From a candidate division WOR-3 bacterium UBA5631 (GTDB lineage Bacteria; Hydrothermota; Hydrothermia; UBA1063): a stretch of 64,000 nt of DNA. This document shows, piece after piece, positions 11,408 to 21,794 of this stretch. The stretch is taken from the NCBI GenBank assembly GCA_002421425.1, contig DIJZ01000020.1:825-64824 (forward strand), written 5' to 3'. The notes below the pieces were generated by a model. It was not told where the DNA came from. It made no database searches and saw nothing but the letters and a program-made list of their open reading frames with translations. A program made the translations under genes and the position numbers. Within the stretch, counting starts at the first letter, position 1; each line of letters begins with the position of its first letter.

Positions 11408-12118
11408 TTACATCCTCTCCAGTTGCTGCATTATGCTGTTCAAATCTAACTTGATGCTTGGACCCATCGTAGAAGAAATATAAGCCTGCTTTATATAGGT
11501 CCCTTTCATGGTTTTCGGTTTTGCGTTCAAAAGTTCGTGAAAGAATGCCATTATATTTGCCTTCAAGGCATCTTCAGAAAAAGATACTTTCCCTACCGGA
11601 ACGTGAACATTTCCTGTCTTGTCTACCTTGAATTCCACCCGTCCCATTTTCAGTTCTTTTACAACTTGTCCAACCTCTTTGGTTACCGTGCCTGTCTTTG
11701 GAGAAGGCATTAATCCACGAGGTCCCAGAATCTTACCGAGTTTTGCAAGCTCTGGCATTACGTCGGGGGTGGCAACAAGAGCATCAAAATCGAGCCAGCC
11801 ATTTTTAATCTTCTCAATCAAATCCTGATAACCTACAAAGTCGGCACCTGCTTCAACTGCTTCCTTCTCTTCGTCACCTCTTGTGATAACTGCAACCCTT
11901 ACTGACTTTCCAAGACCGCTGGGTAATACGGCAGAACCTCTAACCATCTGGTCAGCCTTTCTCGGGTCTACTCCAAGCTGCACAGCAAGTTCAACAGTCT
12001 CATCAAACTTGGCGGTACCAATTTCTTTGATCTTCTTTAAGGCCTCATCAAGTGAATATTCCTTCTCTCTTTCGATTTTCTCAAGCAATGCAGCGTATCT
12101 TTTACCATGTCTTCGCAT
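11408..12118 (-). CDS. rplA: 50S ribosomal protein L1
   Basis: [14 protein letters not shown]...[15 protein letters not shown]...[10 protein letters not shown]. Start chosen at the ATG at 12116-12118; the listed ORF extends to a TTG at 12133. Confidence 0.92.
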   Translation of the reverse strand: MRRHGKRYAALLEKIEREKEYSLDEALKKIKEIGTAKFDETVELAVQLGVDPRKADQMVRGSAVLPSGLGKSVRVAVITRGDEEKEAVEAGADFVGYQDLIEKIKNGWLDFDALVATPDVMPELAKLGKILGPRGLMPSPKTGTVTKEVGQVVKELKMGRVEFKVDKTGNVHVPVGKVSFSEDALKANIMAFFHELLNAKPKTMKGTYIKQAYISSTMGPSIKLDLNSIMQQLERM

Positions 12119-12119
12119 T

Positions 12120-12557
12120 TTAACCCTCCACAATTTCTATACCCATACTGCGGGCAGTACCTTCAATTATCTTCATCGCAGCATCAATGTCATTTGCATT
12201 GAGATCTACCATTTTGAGCTCAGCAATCTTACGAACCTCAGACCTCTTAACTTTCCCCACCTTAACTTTGTTGGGTTCACCTGAACCTTTGACGATGCCG
12301 GCTGACCTCTTAAGAAGTTCCGAAGCAAGGGGAGTCTTTACCTCAAAAGTAAAAGATCTATCTTTATAAACAGAAACAACTACGGGAACAACTAAACCCT
12401 GTTTATCCCTCGTTCTATCATTAAACTCCTTAACAAACTGCATAAGATTAACACCATGCTGACCCAGCGCAGGACCAACAGGTGGAGCAGGAGTCGCCTG
12501 TCCCGCCGGTAACTGTAATTTAACCTGTGCAACAATTTCCTTCTTTTTCGGGGGCAT
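12120..12557 (-). CDS. rplK: 50S ribosomal protein L11
   Basis: [46 protein letters not shown]... Confidence 0.95.
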   Translation of the reverse strand: MPPKKKEIVAQVKLQLPAGQATPAPPVGPALGQHGVNLMQFVKEFNDRTRDKQGLVVPVVVSVYKDRSFTFEVKTPLASELLKRSAGIVKGSGEPNKVKVGKVKRSEVRKIAELKMVDLNANDIDAAMKIIEGTARSMGIEIVEG

Positions 12558-12568
12558 CTTGTCCTCCT

Positions 12569-13174
12569 TTAATCAGCTTTCTCCACCCCGTCAAAATCAA
12601 GAATCACCGGAGTGGATCTATTCATTAAATTCACTACAACTTTTAATTTCCGCTTTTGAGGATATACTTCCTGAACTGTTCCAATTACACCTTCAAGGTT
12701 CCCCATAACGATCTTAACCCTTTCGCCTTCAAGATAGGGCACCTTTTGTTCCTTCTTCTGCTGTTCTACTTGAATTTTCTGTTTGAGGTCATTAACCTCT
12801 TCTTCTCTGAGGAAAGCATATATAGGTTCGCCCGTTTTTTCGTCTCTCTTTGTGAGAGCTCTCATAAGCCTTGTCTCAGTGAAAAGATTTACTACCTTAT
12901 CAATAAGTCCCCTATCGCCACTGACTCCTACGAATACATAGCCTCTGTATATTGGCTTCTCTATATTTATTCTTACTCTTTCTCTGTGTTCACCTTTACC
13001 ACGAGTTACAACCTTGGAAACAAATTCCATCGGAACAATAGGTTCTACGAGGCCTTCAAGATTGTGCTCTTTAATAATTTTATGAGCAGCGCTTAATGCC
13101 TTTTTCTCTTTCCCAGAGTATGTCTGAAAAATCAACCACTTCCTTTCTACTGATTCCACTGGCTTTTCCGTCAT
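12569..13174 (-). CDS. nusG: Transcription termination/antitermination factor NusG
   Basis: 201 aa ORF with an NGN domain ([14 protein letters not shown]) plus a KOW domain. Canonical position between secE and rplK. Confidence 0.85.
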   Translation of the reverse strand: MTEKPVESVERKWLIFQTYSGKEKKALSAAHKIIKEHNLEGLVEPIVPMEFVSKVVTRGKGEHRERVRINIEKPIYRGYVFVGVSGDRGLIDKVVNLFTETRLMRALTKRDEKTGEPIYAFLREEEVNDLKQKIQVEQQKKEQKVPYLEGERVKIVMGNLEGVIGTVQEVYPQKRKLKVVVNLMNRSTPVILDFDGVEKAD

Positions 13175-13178
13175 TGTA

Positions 13179-13361
13179 TCACCCCAGCACCAACTGAATG
13201 AGCTTCGATACTATGAAATCTATAAGGAACATAAATAATATGAAAAACAGTGATATTAGCACGACTCCAAGGGTCCCACCCCACAGACTTTCTTTGGTGG
13301 GCCAGGTAATCTTGCGAAACTCCAGGAAGGATTCCTTCAAAAATTCAATGAGCTTCTTCAT
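13179..13361 (-). CDS. secE: Preprotein translocase subunit SecE
   Basis: 60 aa single-TM protein ([24 protein letters not shown]) in the conserved position. Confidence 0.85.
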   Translation of the reverse strand: MKKLIEFLKESFLEFRKITWPTKESLWGGTLGVVLISLFFILFMFLIDFIVSKLIQLVLG

Positions 13362-13507
13362 ACCTTCGACTCCTTATGGAGTGTGTGCTTGCCGCAAAAC
13401 TTACAAAACTTTTTCAGTTCAACTTTTTCCTTTTTGTCCTTATTTTTTGTTGTGTAGTAATTTTTGCGCTTACATTCCGAACAGACCAATGCAATTTTCA
13501 CTCTCAT
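13358..13507 (-). CDS. rpmG: 50S ribosomal protein L33
   Basis: Hand translation of the minus strand gives [49 protein letters not shown], 49 aa with a Cys4 zinc ribbon. It is missed by the >=60 aa ORF track. Its stop overlaps the secE start (ATGA). Confidence 0.85.
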   Translation of the reverse strand: MRVKIALVCSECKRKNYYTTKNKDKKEKVELKKFCKFCGKHTLHKESKV

Positions 13508-13520
13508 ATTTCCCCCTTAA

Positions 13521-13595
13521 CAGGCCTGGAGGGACTTGAACCCCCAACCACTGGATTTGGAGTCCAGCGCTCTAGCCGAATTGAGCTACAGGCCT
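13521..13595 (-). tRNA. tRNA-Trp (anticodon CCA)
   Basis: Reverse complement folds as a cloverleaf: AGGCCTG acceptor, GCTC/GAGC D-stem, CTGGA-CTCCAAA-TCCAG anticodon arm, GGGGG-TTCAAGT-CCCTC T-arm. Confidence 0.85.
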
Positions 13596-13645
13596 ATGAA
13601 AGTTTCTCAATTATAATTTAAATACAATAGACAGTCAAGCGACAA

Positions 13646-13719
13646 TGCCCCCGAGAGGATTCGAACCTCTGGCCTGCGGTTTAGGAAACCGCCGCTCTAT
13701 CCTTCTGAGCTACGGGGGC
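13646..13719 (-). tRNA. tRNA-Arg (anticodon CCT)
   Basis: Reverse complement: GCCCCCG acceptor, GCTC-AGAAGGATA-GAGC D-arm, GCGGT-TTCCTAA-ACCGC anticodon arm, AGAGG-TTCGAAT-CCTCT T-arm, discriminator A. Confidence 0.8.
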
Positions 13720-14100
13720 AAGCAGAGAAAATGATAAAGTCAGGTGGCAGAAAATTCAAACTTGGTGTAATTTTACGCTTATAAACTTAAACCCCATGTG
13801 CATAAACTTTTCAAAACTAATTCAAGCAACCTCAGCTCAATTTAGAGACACTAATTTACGAGTAAGTTTCCCTTAATAAAACGTCATTATAAGCACCTCC
13901 GATGGGAAAACCTTTCCCATACAAAAGCCCACCTAAAGTCAATATCGAAATTAACTGTAAGAGCCTACGAAATATTATTACCACCCCCGAAATATTCTAT
14001 TTCTTTTTTCTGGTTTGTCAATAGTGCCGCATTTCGCTAAACTGAATGAAAGGAGCTGCCATAATTTCCAAATTCACAATACTCTTGTTAAAATTCCCTT

Positions 14101-14814
14101 ATGCCAGTATTCGAACCACCAATTAAAGAAGAAATCCTCGGCGGAGGCCTAGTTCTACTCGAAGAAATGTTAGGAGATGACCTGACTCCAGCAAAAATAG
14201 CTCGCATTTCTTATCTATCCGAAGGAGACGAAGAAGCCAACAGAAAACTCCTTATTAAGCTGCTCCATATGAAACACTTTTCACCCTTTGAACAACAGGT
14301 TTTCCGCTTTAAGATTGAAGGCATTCCAATGTATATTGGAGAACAGCTTCTCCGCCATAGAATTGCTAGCCCCCTGAAACGTTCCTTTAGATTCACCAGC
14401 CCGGACAAAGGCACCACCATCGAATATACTCCAGATAGCCTCAACAAAATAGTCCACATTCCACCCGAATTTTTCAATCTCAGAGAATCTCACATTGATA
14501 ACAAAGATGAACTAATCCAGGATATCATCAATCACATTAGAAAATCTGTGGAGCTATATCAGAAACTTGTTGAATCGGGACTTCGAAAGGAGGCAGCAAG
14601 GACCGTCCTTCCCGCAGGACTGAGAACTTCCCTTTACTGGACTATAAATATGAGAAGCCTTATGAACTTTTTGGAACAGAGGCTTTCTCCAAAAGCACAG
14701 TGGGAAATAAGGGAACTTGCAAAAGCAGTGGTAAGAATCTTATACCGTGTAGTACCGTTAACAATAGATAATTTCCTGAAAATCAGCGGGTTGGAAAAAT
14801 ATTACAGGGAGTGA
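14101..14814 (+). CDS. thyX: FAD-dependent thymidylate synthase ThyX
   Basis: The ThyX signature RHRIASPLKRS (RHR-x7-S) is present. The N-terminus GGGLVLLEEMLGDDL aligns with Thermotoga ThyX. 237 aa. Confidence 0.85.
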   Translation: MPVFEPPIKEEILGGGLVLLEEMLGDDLTPAKIARISYLSEGDEEANRKLLIKLLHMKHFSPFEQQVFRFKIEGIPMYIGEQLLRHRIASPLKRSFRFTSPDKGTTIEYTPDSLNKIVHIPPEFFNLRESHIDNKDELIQDIINHIRKSVELYQKLVESGLRKEAARTVLPAGLRTSLYWTINMRSLMNFLEQRLSPKAQWEIRELAKAVVRILYRVVPLTIDNFLKISGLEKYYRE

Positions 14815-14843
14815 AGGTTCAACTCGAACTTCGATGTTCCTCC

Positions 14844-17003
14844 TCACTCAACAACTAGAACTTTTACCGACTTATCCAAGTTTTTGCTTTCAATCCTTAA
14901 GAAGTAAATACCACCTGGAACCTGCCTGATATCAAGGGTGAAGCGGCTTCCAGTCCCTACGGTATATCCTCTTACACGCTGCCCAAGGGCATCATAGAGC
15001 GAGAGATTCAACATTTCTTTTACTGGTTCCAGAAAAATCAATTCTATTACCTCTGAATTTGGATTATGGAGTAACTTTATCACTCCAGCTGGATTTCTGT
15101 ATCGCTCTTCGATCCCTATGCCCAAAAACTCGCAAATCTGAATACCAGCTGAATAATCAGCAACAAAAATATAAGAACCTACAGCGTAAACATTCATCGC
15201 GCTCCCAGGCGTATCATAAAAGCCAACCTCATACGGATTTGATGGATCCGATACGTCAATTATTCTAACTCCACCTGCGTAATTTGCAACATAAGCGTAT
15301 GATCCCGAAACGTGCAAACCGAAAGCATAACTTGGGGTCAAACAATATCCAATCTCAACAGGAGCTATAGGATTTGAAACATCAATTATCCGGAAGCCAA
15401 AATATTGATCCGTGATATAAGCATACGAACCGGAGACGCAAACGCTGTAAGTCTCACCAGGTGTGTCATAATACCCCACTTCATAAGGATTTGATGGGTT
15501 TGCAATACTAATGATTCGAAGACCCGAACTACCATCCGCAACGTATGCATAAGAGCCCGAAACATAGACATCGTTTGCAGCGCCAGGGGTATCAAAATAA
15601 CCAACTTCAAAAGGATTAGACGGACTCGTTATATTAATTATACGAAGACCCTCAGTATAATCTGCAACATAAGCGTAAGGGCCAGAAACATAAATATCAT
15701 TGACAATGCCAGGAGTATCATAATATCCAACCTCTTGAGGATTCGAAGGGTTTGATACATCAATAATATGAAGACCTCCGTAGCCTCCCGCGAGATAAGC
15801 AATAGTACCCGACAGGAAAACTCCATATCCGCCGGTAGGAACATAACAACGCCCGACTTCCATTGGACTTGAGGGTGTTGAAATATCAATAACGCGAAGG
15901 CCATACCAATAATCTCCGATGTAAGCATAAGACCCTGAAACACTTATTCCCAAAGCTAAACCGAGGGCACGGTAATAACCTACTTCCTGAGGACTTGAGG
16001 GGCTTGAAATATTTACTATACGAACACCCTCCCAGTCGTCAGCAACGTAAGCATAAGAGCCAAAAACACAAACTCCATCAGCATTACCGGGGGTATTACA
16101 AAAACCAGTTTCAGAAGGATTTGCCGGGTCCGAGATATTAACAACCCTTAAACCCTCCCAGGCATCTGCAACATAAGCATATGAACCTAACACATAAACA
16201 CCACGAGCCACACCAGGAGTATCGTAATACCCAGCCTCCAAGGGATGTGATGGATTTGATATATTTATTATACGAAGTCCAGACCCCCAATCTGCGACAT
16301 AAGCATATGAACCTGAAACAAAAATGCCCCGAGCGTCGCCAGGCGTGTCATAATATCCTGATTCTGAAGGATTTGAAGGATCTGATATATTTATTATTCG
16401 AAGACCCTGAAAAGCATCCGCAACGTAAGCATACGAACCTGATACATAAACACTATAGGCTATACCAGGAGTATCATAATATCCAACCTCTGAAGGATTT
16501 GATATATTCGATATATCAACTACTCTCAGTCCAGAATTTCCGCCTGCAACGTAAGCATACGAACCTGAGACATAAACACCGTAAGCATCTCCAGAAATGA
16601 AGTATGAACCCAATTTAACAGGATCTGTTGAATTCGCTATATTCCATATCTCGATACCACCCTGACCCGCTGCAATGTAAAGCCTTTGAGTTGCTGACTG
16701 ATAAGAAAGCTCATGTACTACTCCCCTTGTGCGAATTTCTGAAATTTTCTGAGGATTTGCTGGGTTCGAAACGTCAAGTACATAGACACCACCACCTGAC
16801 CCACAGAAAACAAGATTTCTCGAAGGGTCAAAACTTACTGCATAAGTAACGCCAAAGGGCCAGTTTCCAATAAATCTTGTATTCAGAGAATCAAAACCTG
16901 CATATGTCCGGGGATCCGATATCTGTTCAGTGCGATAACGAGCTACCTGTGCAAAAAGCACTGAAAAGGGAAGGATTATGATTACTACAACCTTTTTCAG
17001 CAT
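14844..17003 (-). CDS. LVIVD-repeat beta-propeller protein with T9SS C-terminal sorting domain
   Basis: Signal peptide MLKKVVVIIILPFSVLFAQ, with AAGGAGGTGGTG upstream of the ATG at 17001-17003. About 12 tandem ~43 aa repeats (VSGSYAYVAD..GLRIINIS.PSNP.EVGYYDTPG). C-terminus ...GIYFLRIESKNLDKSVKVLVVE is Por-secretion-tail-like. Confidence 0.8.
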   Translation of the reverse strand: MLKKVVVIIILPFSVLFAQVARYRTEQISDPRTYAGFDSLNTRFIGNWPFGVTYAVSFDPSRNLVFCGSGGGVYVLDVSNPANPQKISEIRTRGVVHELSYQSATQRLYIAAGQGGIEIWNIANSTDPVKLGSYFISGDAYGVYVSGSYAYVAGGNSGLRVVDISNISNPSEVGYYDTPGIAYSVYVSGSYAYVADAFQGLRIINISDPSNPSESGYYDTPGDARGIFVSGSYAYVADWGSGLRIINISNPSHPLEAGYYDTPGVARGVYVLGSYAYVADAWEGLRVVNISDPANPSETGFCNTPGNADGVCVFGSYAYVADDWEGVRIVNISSPSSPQEVGYYRALGLALGISVSGSYAYIGDYWYGLRVIDISTPSSPMEVGRCYVPTGGYGVFLSGTIAYLAGGYGGLHIIDVSNPSNPQEVGYYDTPGIVNDIYVSGPYAYVADYTEGLRIINITSPSNPFEVGYFDTPGAANDVYVSGSYAYVADGSSGLRIISIANPSNPYEVGYYDTPGETYSVCVSGSYAYITDQYFGFRIIDVSNPIAPVEIGYCLTPSYAFGLHVSGSYAYVANYAGGVRIIDVSDPSNPYEVGFYDTPGSAMNVYAVGSYIFVADYSAGIQICEFLGIGIEERYRNPAGVIKLLHNPNSEVIELIFLEPVKEMLNLSLYDALGQRVRGYTVGTGSRFTLDIRQVPGGIYFLRIESKNLDKSVKVLVVE
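14950..16700 (-). repeat. Intragenic near-identical tandem coding repeats (~129 nt unit, about 12 copies)
   Basis: Recurrent DNA strings such as gcataagaacc/gcatatgaacc/gcatacgaacc tgaaac, at roughly 130 nt periodicity inside the LVIVD gene. Confidence 0.7.
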
Positions 17004-17625
17004 AATCACCACCTCCTTTACATAGACTTCGTATATAATATAAATTACGATTTTTAGCCCGTCAAGATCCAATATGTGTGACAGAAAGATTATTCACTTC
17101 AGAAGACAAAACACAGCAGGTGTAGTTCAAACGGTTAATCTAAGGTTTTTAGTTCTACCGAGCCAAAGCTGCAAAACAATCCATAAAGTTAATTTAATAG
17201 CAGAACATCGCTCTTCCCGTCCTTCTTCTATTTCGTTCAATTTTCTAAATTTAATGCTTCAAAAAAGCACTTTCAACCCTCCCTAAGGCACTTTTTGACC
17301 AGGCAAACTTACGCGGCGAATGCGACACAGCAATTCCAAAAATTTTAAGCCAACACACTTGACTGCTGAAGAGTATGAATTGGTTTCTGTATTTGAAACA
17401 GAAGAAAAACCCCGTACGAAAAATCTTAAAGACCTCTCGAATATCCATACAATCGACATAATCGGTTCTCAAACTCTAAAATCTTTATTCGATGCATTAC
17501 AGCAAATGCGAATAATCTGGCTTTTATGCCAAGTTTTCGGTATAATAAACACACATTGAAAGAAGCGAGATGAAGGGGCTTTTAGGAAGTGCTGAAGAAA
17601 GCCTCCTAAAATCAAAAGAGAGACC

Positions 17626-18180
17626 ATGAATAGAAAACTTATCCTCGCCTCTGGATCTCCACGAAGGATTGCGGTGCTCAAAAAATTCGGCTACGAGTTT
17701 GAGGTGGTAAAGCCAAAGGTTGAGGAAGTGATTTTAAAAGTCGATGATTGCTTGAAGGCTGCAGAAGATAAGGCGTTAAGCATCGAGGCTGAAGGCATAA
17801 TCCTTTCCTGCGACACCATCGTGGTCCTTGGAGAAAGAATTCTTGGAAAGCCACAAAACTATGAGGAAGCAAAAGAATTTCTAAAGAAACTCTCGGGCAA
17901 ATGGCACGATGTTTATACGGGATATTACATTAAAAGCGATGAAGAGATTAAGAAAAACATCGTAAGAACCAGAGTAAAGTTCGCGCCACTAAAAGACTTC
18001 GAAATCGAATTCATTCTTAAAAATGGTGATCCCCTCGACAAGGCTGGAGGGTACGGCATTCAAGAAGTGGCAGGACTCTTTGTAGAAGAAATCAAAGGTT
18101 CTTACTACAATGTGGTCGGAATTCCAATTGAATATATTTACTGGGATTTAAAAACCCTGGGAATCCTGCCTAAGAGATAA
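17626..18180 (+). CDS. maf: Maf-like nucleoside triphosphate pyrophosphatase
   Basis: MNRKLILASGSPRRIAVLKKFGY...GIQE; Maf family. Confidence 0.85.
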   Translation: MNRKLILASGSPRRIAVLKKFGYEFEVVKPKVEEVILKVDDCLKAAEDKALSIEAEGIILSCDTIVVLGERILGKPQNYEEAKEFLKKLSGKWHDVYTGYYIKSDEEIKKNIVRTRVKFAPLKDFEIEFILKNGDPLDKAGGYGIQEVAGLFVEEIKGSYYNVVGIPIEYIYWDLKTLGILPKR

Positions 18181-18237
18181 GTGTCGGAAGGTACAGGGTA
18201 ATTTTTATAAAAACGAACCTTTTAAGGTATAATATCT

Positions 18238-19584
18238 TTGATGCAGGACGAAAACATATTACGTGAAAAAGCCGCAGAACCCCTGAAAAAGGCTGAAAAA
18301 TTACATCCTCTCTATAAAGGAAAAATAGAGGTAATTCCGAAAGTCCCCGTCTCAAATCTCGACTACTTTTCCGTATGGTACACTCCGGGCGTGTCATCGG
18401 TGTGCCGGAAAATTGTTGAAAACACCGATAATTCTTTTGAATATACGTCTCGTTGGAATACCGTTGCAGTCATCTCAGATGGTACAAGGGTACTGGGGCT
18501 TGGTAATATTGGCCCAGAGGCCGCTTTACCAGTTATGGAGGGCAAGGCTTTACTATTTAAATTCCTCGGCGGAGTTGATGCCTTCCCCATATGTATAAGA
18601 GAAAAAGACCCCGAAAAAATAGTAGAAATTGTAAAAACACTCGAACCATCTTTTGGTGGAATTAACCTGGAAGATATAGAAAAACCCAAATGCTTTTACA
18701 TCCTGGAAACTCTCAGAAAGGAAATGGAGATCCCTGTGTGGCATGATGACCAACAGGGTACTGCAACCATAACCCTTTCAGCCCTCTACAATGCATCAAA
18801 AATTGTCGGAAAGAATTTTAGTGATTTAAAGATCTTCATCTTAGGCGCGGGGTCAGCAGGTATTGCAACTCTCAAACTTTTAGTAAAGGCGGAAGTTGAC
18901 CCCGGAAATATTCTAATGGCGGACAAAAAGGGAGTTATAAGCAGAGATAGGACGGATTTAGAAGAAAAATTCGGGGTATATGCTGAACTAATTCGCCAAA
19001 CCAATCGGGAAAATAAAAAAGGAGATTATCACGAGGGCTTCGAAGGTGCAGATGCATTCATAGGCTTTTCCACCCCGGGACCTGGGGTCGTTACTAAGGA
19101 TGACATAAGGAAAATGGCAAAGGATCCAATCGTTTTCGCCTGTGCAAATCCAACTCCAGAGATATGGCCATGGGAAGCAAAAGAGGCTGGCGCAAAAATA
19201 GTGGCCACAGGCAGGTCTGACTTCCCCAATCAGGTAAATAATTCCCTTGTATTTCCCGGTATGTTCAGGGGTGTCCTGGATGTAGCCGCAAAAACTATTA
19301 CCGACACAATGTGCATTGAGGTGGCAAAGTCAATCGCCGGATACGCTGAAGAAAAAGGCTTAAGTGAAGAATACATCGTTCCAAGAATGGACGAATGGGA
19401 CTTATTCCCGAGAATTGCTGCCTCCGCTGCCTCCTCAGCAGTCAGAGAAGGAATCGCAAGGAAAGAATTGACCCATGAGGAAGAACTGGAAAACGCTACC
19501 AGGACAATTACAAGAACCAGAAATCTCATGGAAAATCTTGAAATTACAGGTTTGGTAAAAAATTTTTTCCATGAGACGGATTAA
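18238..19584 (+). CDS. NAD(P)-dependent malic enzyme (short form)
   Basis: 448 aa ORF with WYTPGV, FKFLGGVDAFPI and GAGSAG (Rossmann) motifs. Confidence 0.85.
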   Translation: MMQDENILREKAAEPLKKAEKLHPLYKGKIEVIPKVPVSNLDYFSVWYTPGVSSVCRKIVENTDNSFEYTSRWNTVAVISDGTRVLGLGNIGPEAALPVMEGKALLFKFLGGVDAFPICIREKDPEKIVEIVKTLEPSFGGINLEDIEKPKCFYILETLRKEMEIPVWHDDQQGTATITLSALYNASKIVGKNFSDLKIFILGAGSAGIATLKLLVKAEVDPGNILMADKKGVISRDRTDLEEKFGVYAELIRQTNRENKKGDYHEGFEGADAFIGFSTPGPGVVTKDDIRKMAKDPIVFACANPTPEIWPWEAKEAGAKIVATGRSDFPNQVNNSLVFPGMFRGVLDVAAKTITDTMCIEVAKSIAGYAEEKGLSEEYIVPRMDEWDLFPRIAASAASSAVREGIARKELTHEEELENATRTITRTRNLMENLEITGLVKNFFHETD

Positions 19585-20413
19585 AACAGAAGAAATTAAA
19601 AATAAAATTATAGATGCTTTAACTAAAGCCAATTTTTACCTCGTCCCTGAATTCCATGAGTTTCTAAAATATGCTCTCACCGAAGAAACATCGGAGACAG
19701 GAAGACAGGTACTTAAAGACCTACTTGAAAATGCAGAAATTGCGGAAAAAGAAAGGCTACCCCTGTGCCAGGACACCGGAATGGTTAATGTTTACATAGA
19801 GCTCGGGCAAGAGGTATTTCTGGAAGGGAAACTTCTCACCGACGTTATTACAGAAGCTGTTCGAGAAGTGTACACTCAAAACTATTTGAGACCTTCAGTG
19901 GTAAATGACCCTTTAAGAAGGCTAAACACAAAAGACAACACTCCTCCAATAGTCCACTTCGAAGTAGTACCTGGTGACAAAGTAAAAATCCTTCTGGTTC
20001 CGAAGGGTGGAGGAAGCGAGCAGATGTGTCAGGTAGCAATGCTTGCACCTCATCAGGGAATGGAAGGTGTGAAAGAGCTTGTTATCTCTTCAGTTAAAAG
20101 AGCAGGTCCAAATCCTTGCCCGCCTGTCATAGTCGGAATCGGAATAGGAGGTAATTTCGATTATGTCGCCTATTTGGCAAAGAAAGCTATATTGAGGCCC
20201 TGGGGGACGAGAAACACTGATCCTTTCTACGCAAACCTTGAGCTTGAACTGCTTAAAGAAATTAATGCCCTTGGGCTTGGACCCGGTGGACTGGGTGGAA
20301 AGTTCTACGCCATTGATGTGAGAATAGAAACTTATCCCACCCATATTGCCCAGCTCCCGGTAGCTGTGGCTTTTAACTGCAACAGTTTCAGACTGGCAAA
20401 AATTGAAATTTAG
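19571..20413 (+). CDS. Class I fumarate hydratase / L(+)-tartrate dehydratase, alpha subunit (Fe-S hydro-lyase)
   Basis: 280 aa ORF with LPLCQDTGMVNVY (cluster-ligand Cys) and ...GGNFD. Overlaps the malic enzyme stop by 14 nt. No beta subunit is adjacent. Confidence 0.75.
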   Translation: MRRIKTEEIKNKIIDALTKANFYLVPEFHEFLKYALTEETSETGRQVLKDLLENAEIAEKERLPLCQDTGMVNVYIELGQEVFLEGKLLTDVITEAVREVYTQNYLRPSVVNDPLRRLNTKDNTPPIVHFEVVPGDKVKILLVPKGGGSEQMCQVAMLAPHQGMEGVKELVISSVKRAGPNPCPPVIVGIGIGGNFDYVAYLAKKAILRPWGTRNTDPFYANLELELLKEINALGLGPGGLGGKFYAIDVRIETYPTHIAQLPVAVAFNCNSFRLAKIEI

Positions 20414-20422
20414 GAGGGTATT

Positions 20423-21349
20423 ATGGCAAAAATAAATGAAGCAAAGTTCATCTGGATGTCAGGTAATATGGTCCCATGGCATGAAGCGAAAGTACACGTG
20501 TTAACCCACGCCCTCCACTATGGTTCAGCAGTCTTTGAGGGAATCAGGGCTTATAAAACGAAAAGGGGGACCGCAGTCTTCAGACTGAGAGAACATATGA
20601 AACGCCTTCTGGATTCGGCGAAGATTTACAGAATGGAATCCCCTTATACCCTCGAGGAACTGATTAACGCAACCATCGAGATCATAACAGCCAACGAACT
20701 GGAGGAGTGCTATATAAGGCCCTTAATTTACAGAGGGTACTACAATCTCGGAGTTAACCCAATGGAATGCCCCGTGGAAGTTTCAATCGCAGCATGGAAA
20801 TGGGGAAAATACTTAGGTCCTGAAGCCCTGGAAGCTGGAGTCGATGTGATGGTTTCCAGCTGGAACCGAATGGCGCCCAATACTTTTCCAGCAATGGCTA
20901 AAGCCACTGCTAACTATGCGAACTCGCAACTTATAAAGATGGAAGCTATTGAGTACGGTTTTTCGGAAGGCATTGCCCTTAACGCATATGGAACAGTCTC
21001 AGAAGGGTCAGGAGAGAACATCTTCCTGATAAAGGATGGAGTAATCTACACCCCAACTCTTGATTCAGCGGTACTTCCTGGAATAACTCGCCTCACCGTG
21101 ATGGAAATCGCCAGATCGATGGGGATAGAAGTGAAGGAATGCCTGATTCCCCGTGAAATGCTTTACCTTGCTGACGAACTCTTCTTTACTGGAACCGCAG
21201 CGGAGGTTACCCCAATTCGATCCGTAGACAAAATTACCATCGGGAACGGAAAAATTGGACCCATAACCAGAAAAATACAACGGGAATTTTTTAGAATCAT
21301 AGAGGAAGCAGATGAAAAATATGAGCACTATTTTACATGGGTGAGGTAA
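20423..21349 (+). CDS. ilvE: Branched-chain amino acid aminotransferase
   Basis: 308 aa PLP fold-type IV protein: [44 protein letters not shown]. Confidence 0.85.
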   Translation: MAKINEAKFIWMSGNMVPWHEAKVHVLTHALHYGSAVFEGIRAYKTKRGTAVFRLREHMKRLLDSAKIYRMESPYTLEELINATIEIITANELEECYIRPLIYRGYYNLGVNPMECPVEVSIAAWKWGKYLGPEALEAGVDVMVSSWNRMAPNTFPAMAKATANYANSQLIKMEAIEYGFSEGIALNAYGTVSEGSGENIFLIKDGVIYTPTLDSAVLPGITRLTVMEIARSMGIEVKECLIPREMLYLADELFFTGTAAEVTPIRSVDKITIGNGKIGPITRKIQREFFRIIEEADEKYEHYFTWVR

Positions 21350-21350
21350 A

Positions 21351-21794
21351 ATGAAACTGGCTATCGGTTCAGACCATAGGGGTTATAAATTGAAGGAATT
21401 CCTGAAGCAAAAACTCTCAATTTCTCATGAAGTACAAGATTTTGGAGTATCAAGCGAAGAACCGTCAGATTACCCTGATATCGCAATCCCGCTTGCTGAA
21501 AGAGTGGCGAAAGGAGATTTTGCCTTCGGAATTTTGATATGTTATACCGGAATAGGGATGTCTATTGCTGCAAACAAAGTAAAGGGAATACGTGCAGCCC
21601 ACGTGACTGATGAAAGATACGCAATCATTTCAAGAAAACACAACAATGCTAATGTAATATGCCTTCCAGGAGGTTTTATCAAAGAAGAAGACGCGTTGAA
21701 CGCTGTAATTCTTTTCCTTGAAACAGAATTTGAGGGCGGGCGCCATAACAGGAGATTGGATAAAATAGCAAATTACGAACGCTCCACTAAATGA
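21351..21794 (+). CDS. rpiB: Ribose-5-phosphate isomerase B
   Basis: MKLAIGSDHRGYKLKEFL...; RpiB/LacAB family, 147 aa. Confidence 0.85.
   Translation: MKLAIGSDHRGYKLKEFLKQKLSISHEVQDFGVSSEEPSDYPDIAIPLAERVAKGDFAFGILICYTGIGMSIAANKVKGIRAAHVTDERYAIISRKHNNANVICLPGGFIKEEDALNAVILFLETEFEGGRHNRRLDKIANYERSTK

Noticed and set aside
13376-13621. 81 aa plus-strand ORF
   Set aside because: Antisense to rpmG (L33) and tRNA-Trp; low-complexity hydrophobic translation.
13500-13800. Integrase or mobile element adjacent to the tRNA genes
   Set aside because: No integrase/transposase-like ORF or direct repeats flank the tRNAs. The flanks are the conserved rpmG and thyX genes.
16181-16600. His/Lys-rich 139 aa plus-strand ORF
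   Set aside because: Antisense reading of the LVIVD tandem repeats; the periodic sequence merely mirrors the sense-strand repeat.
14950-16700. Possible CRISPR array or IS-related repeat
   Set aside because: The repeats are in-frame and contiguous, with no unique spacers. They encode a coherent beta-propeller repeat protein.
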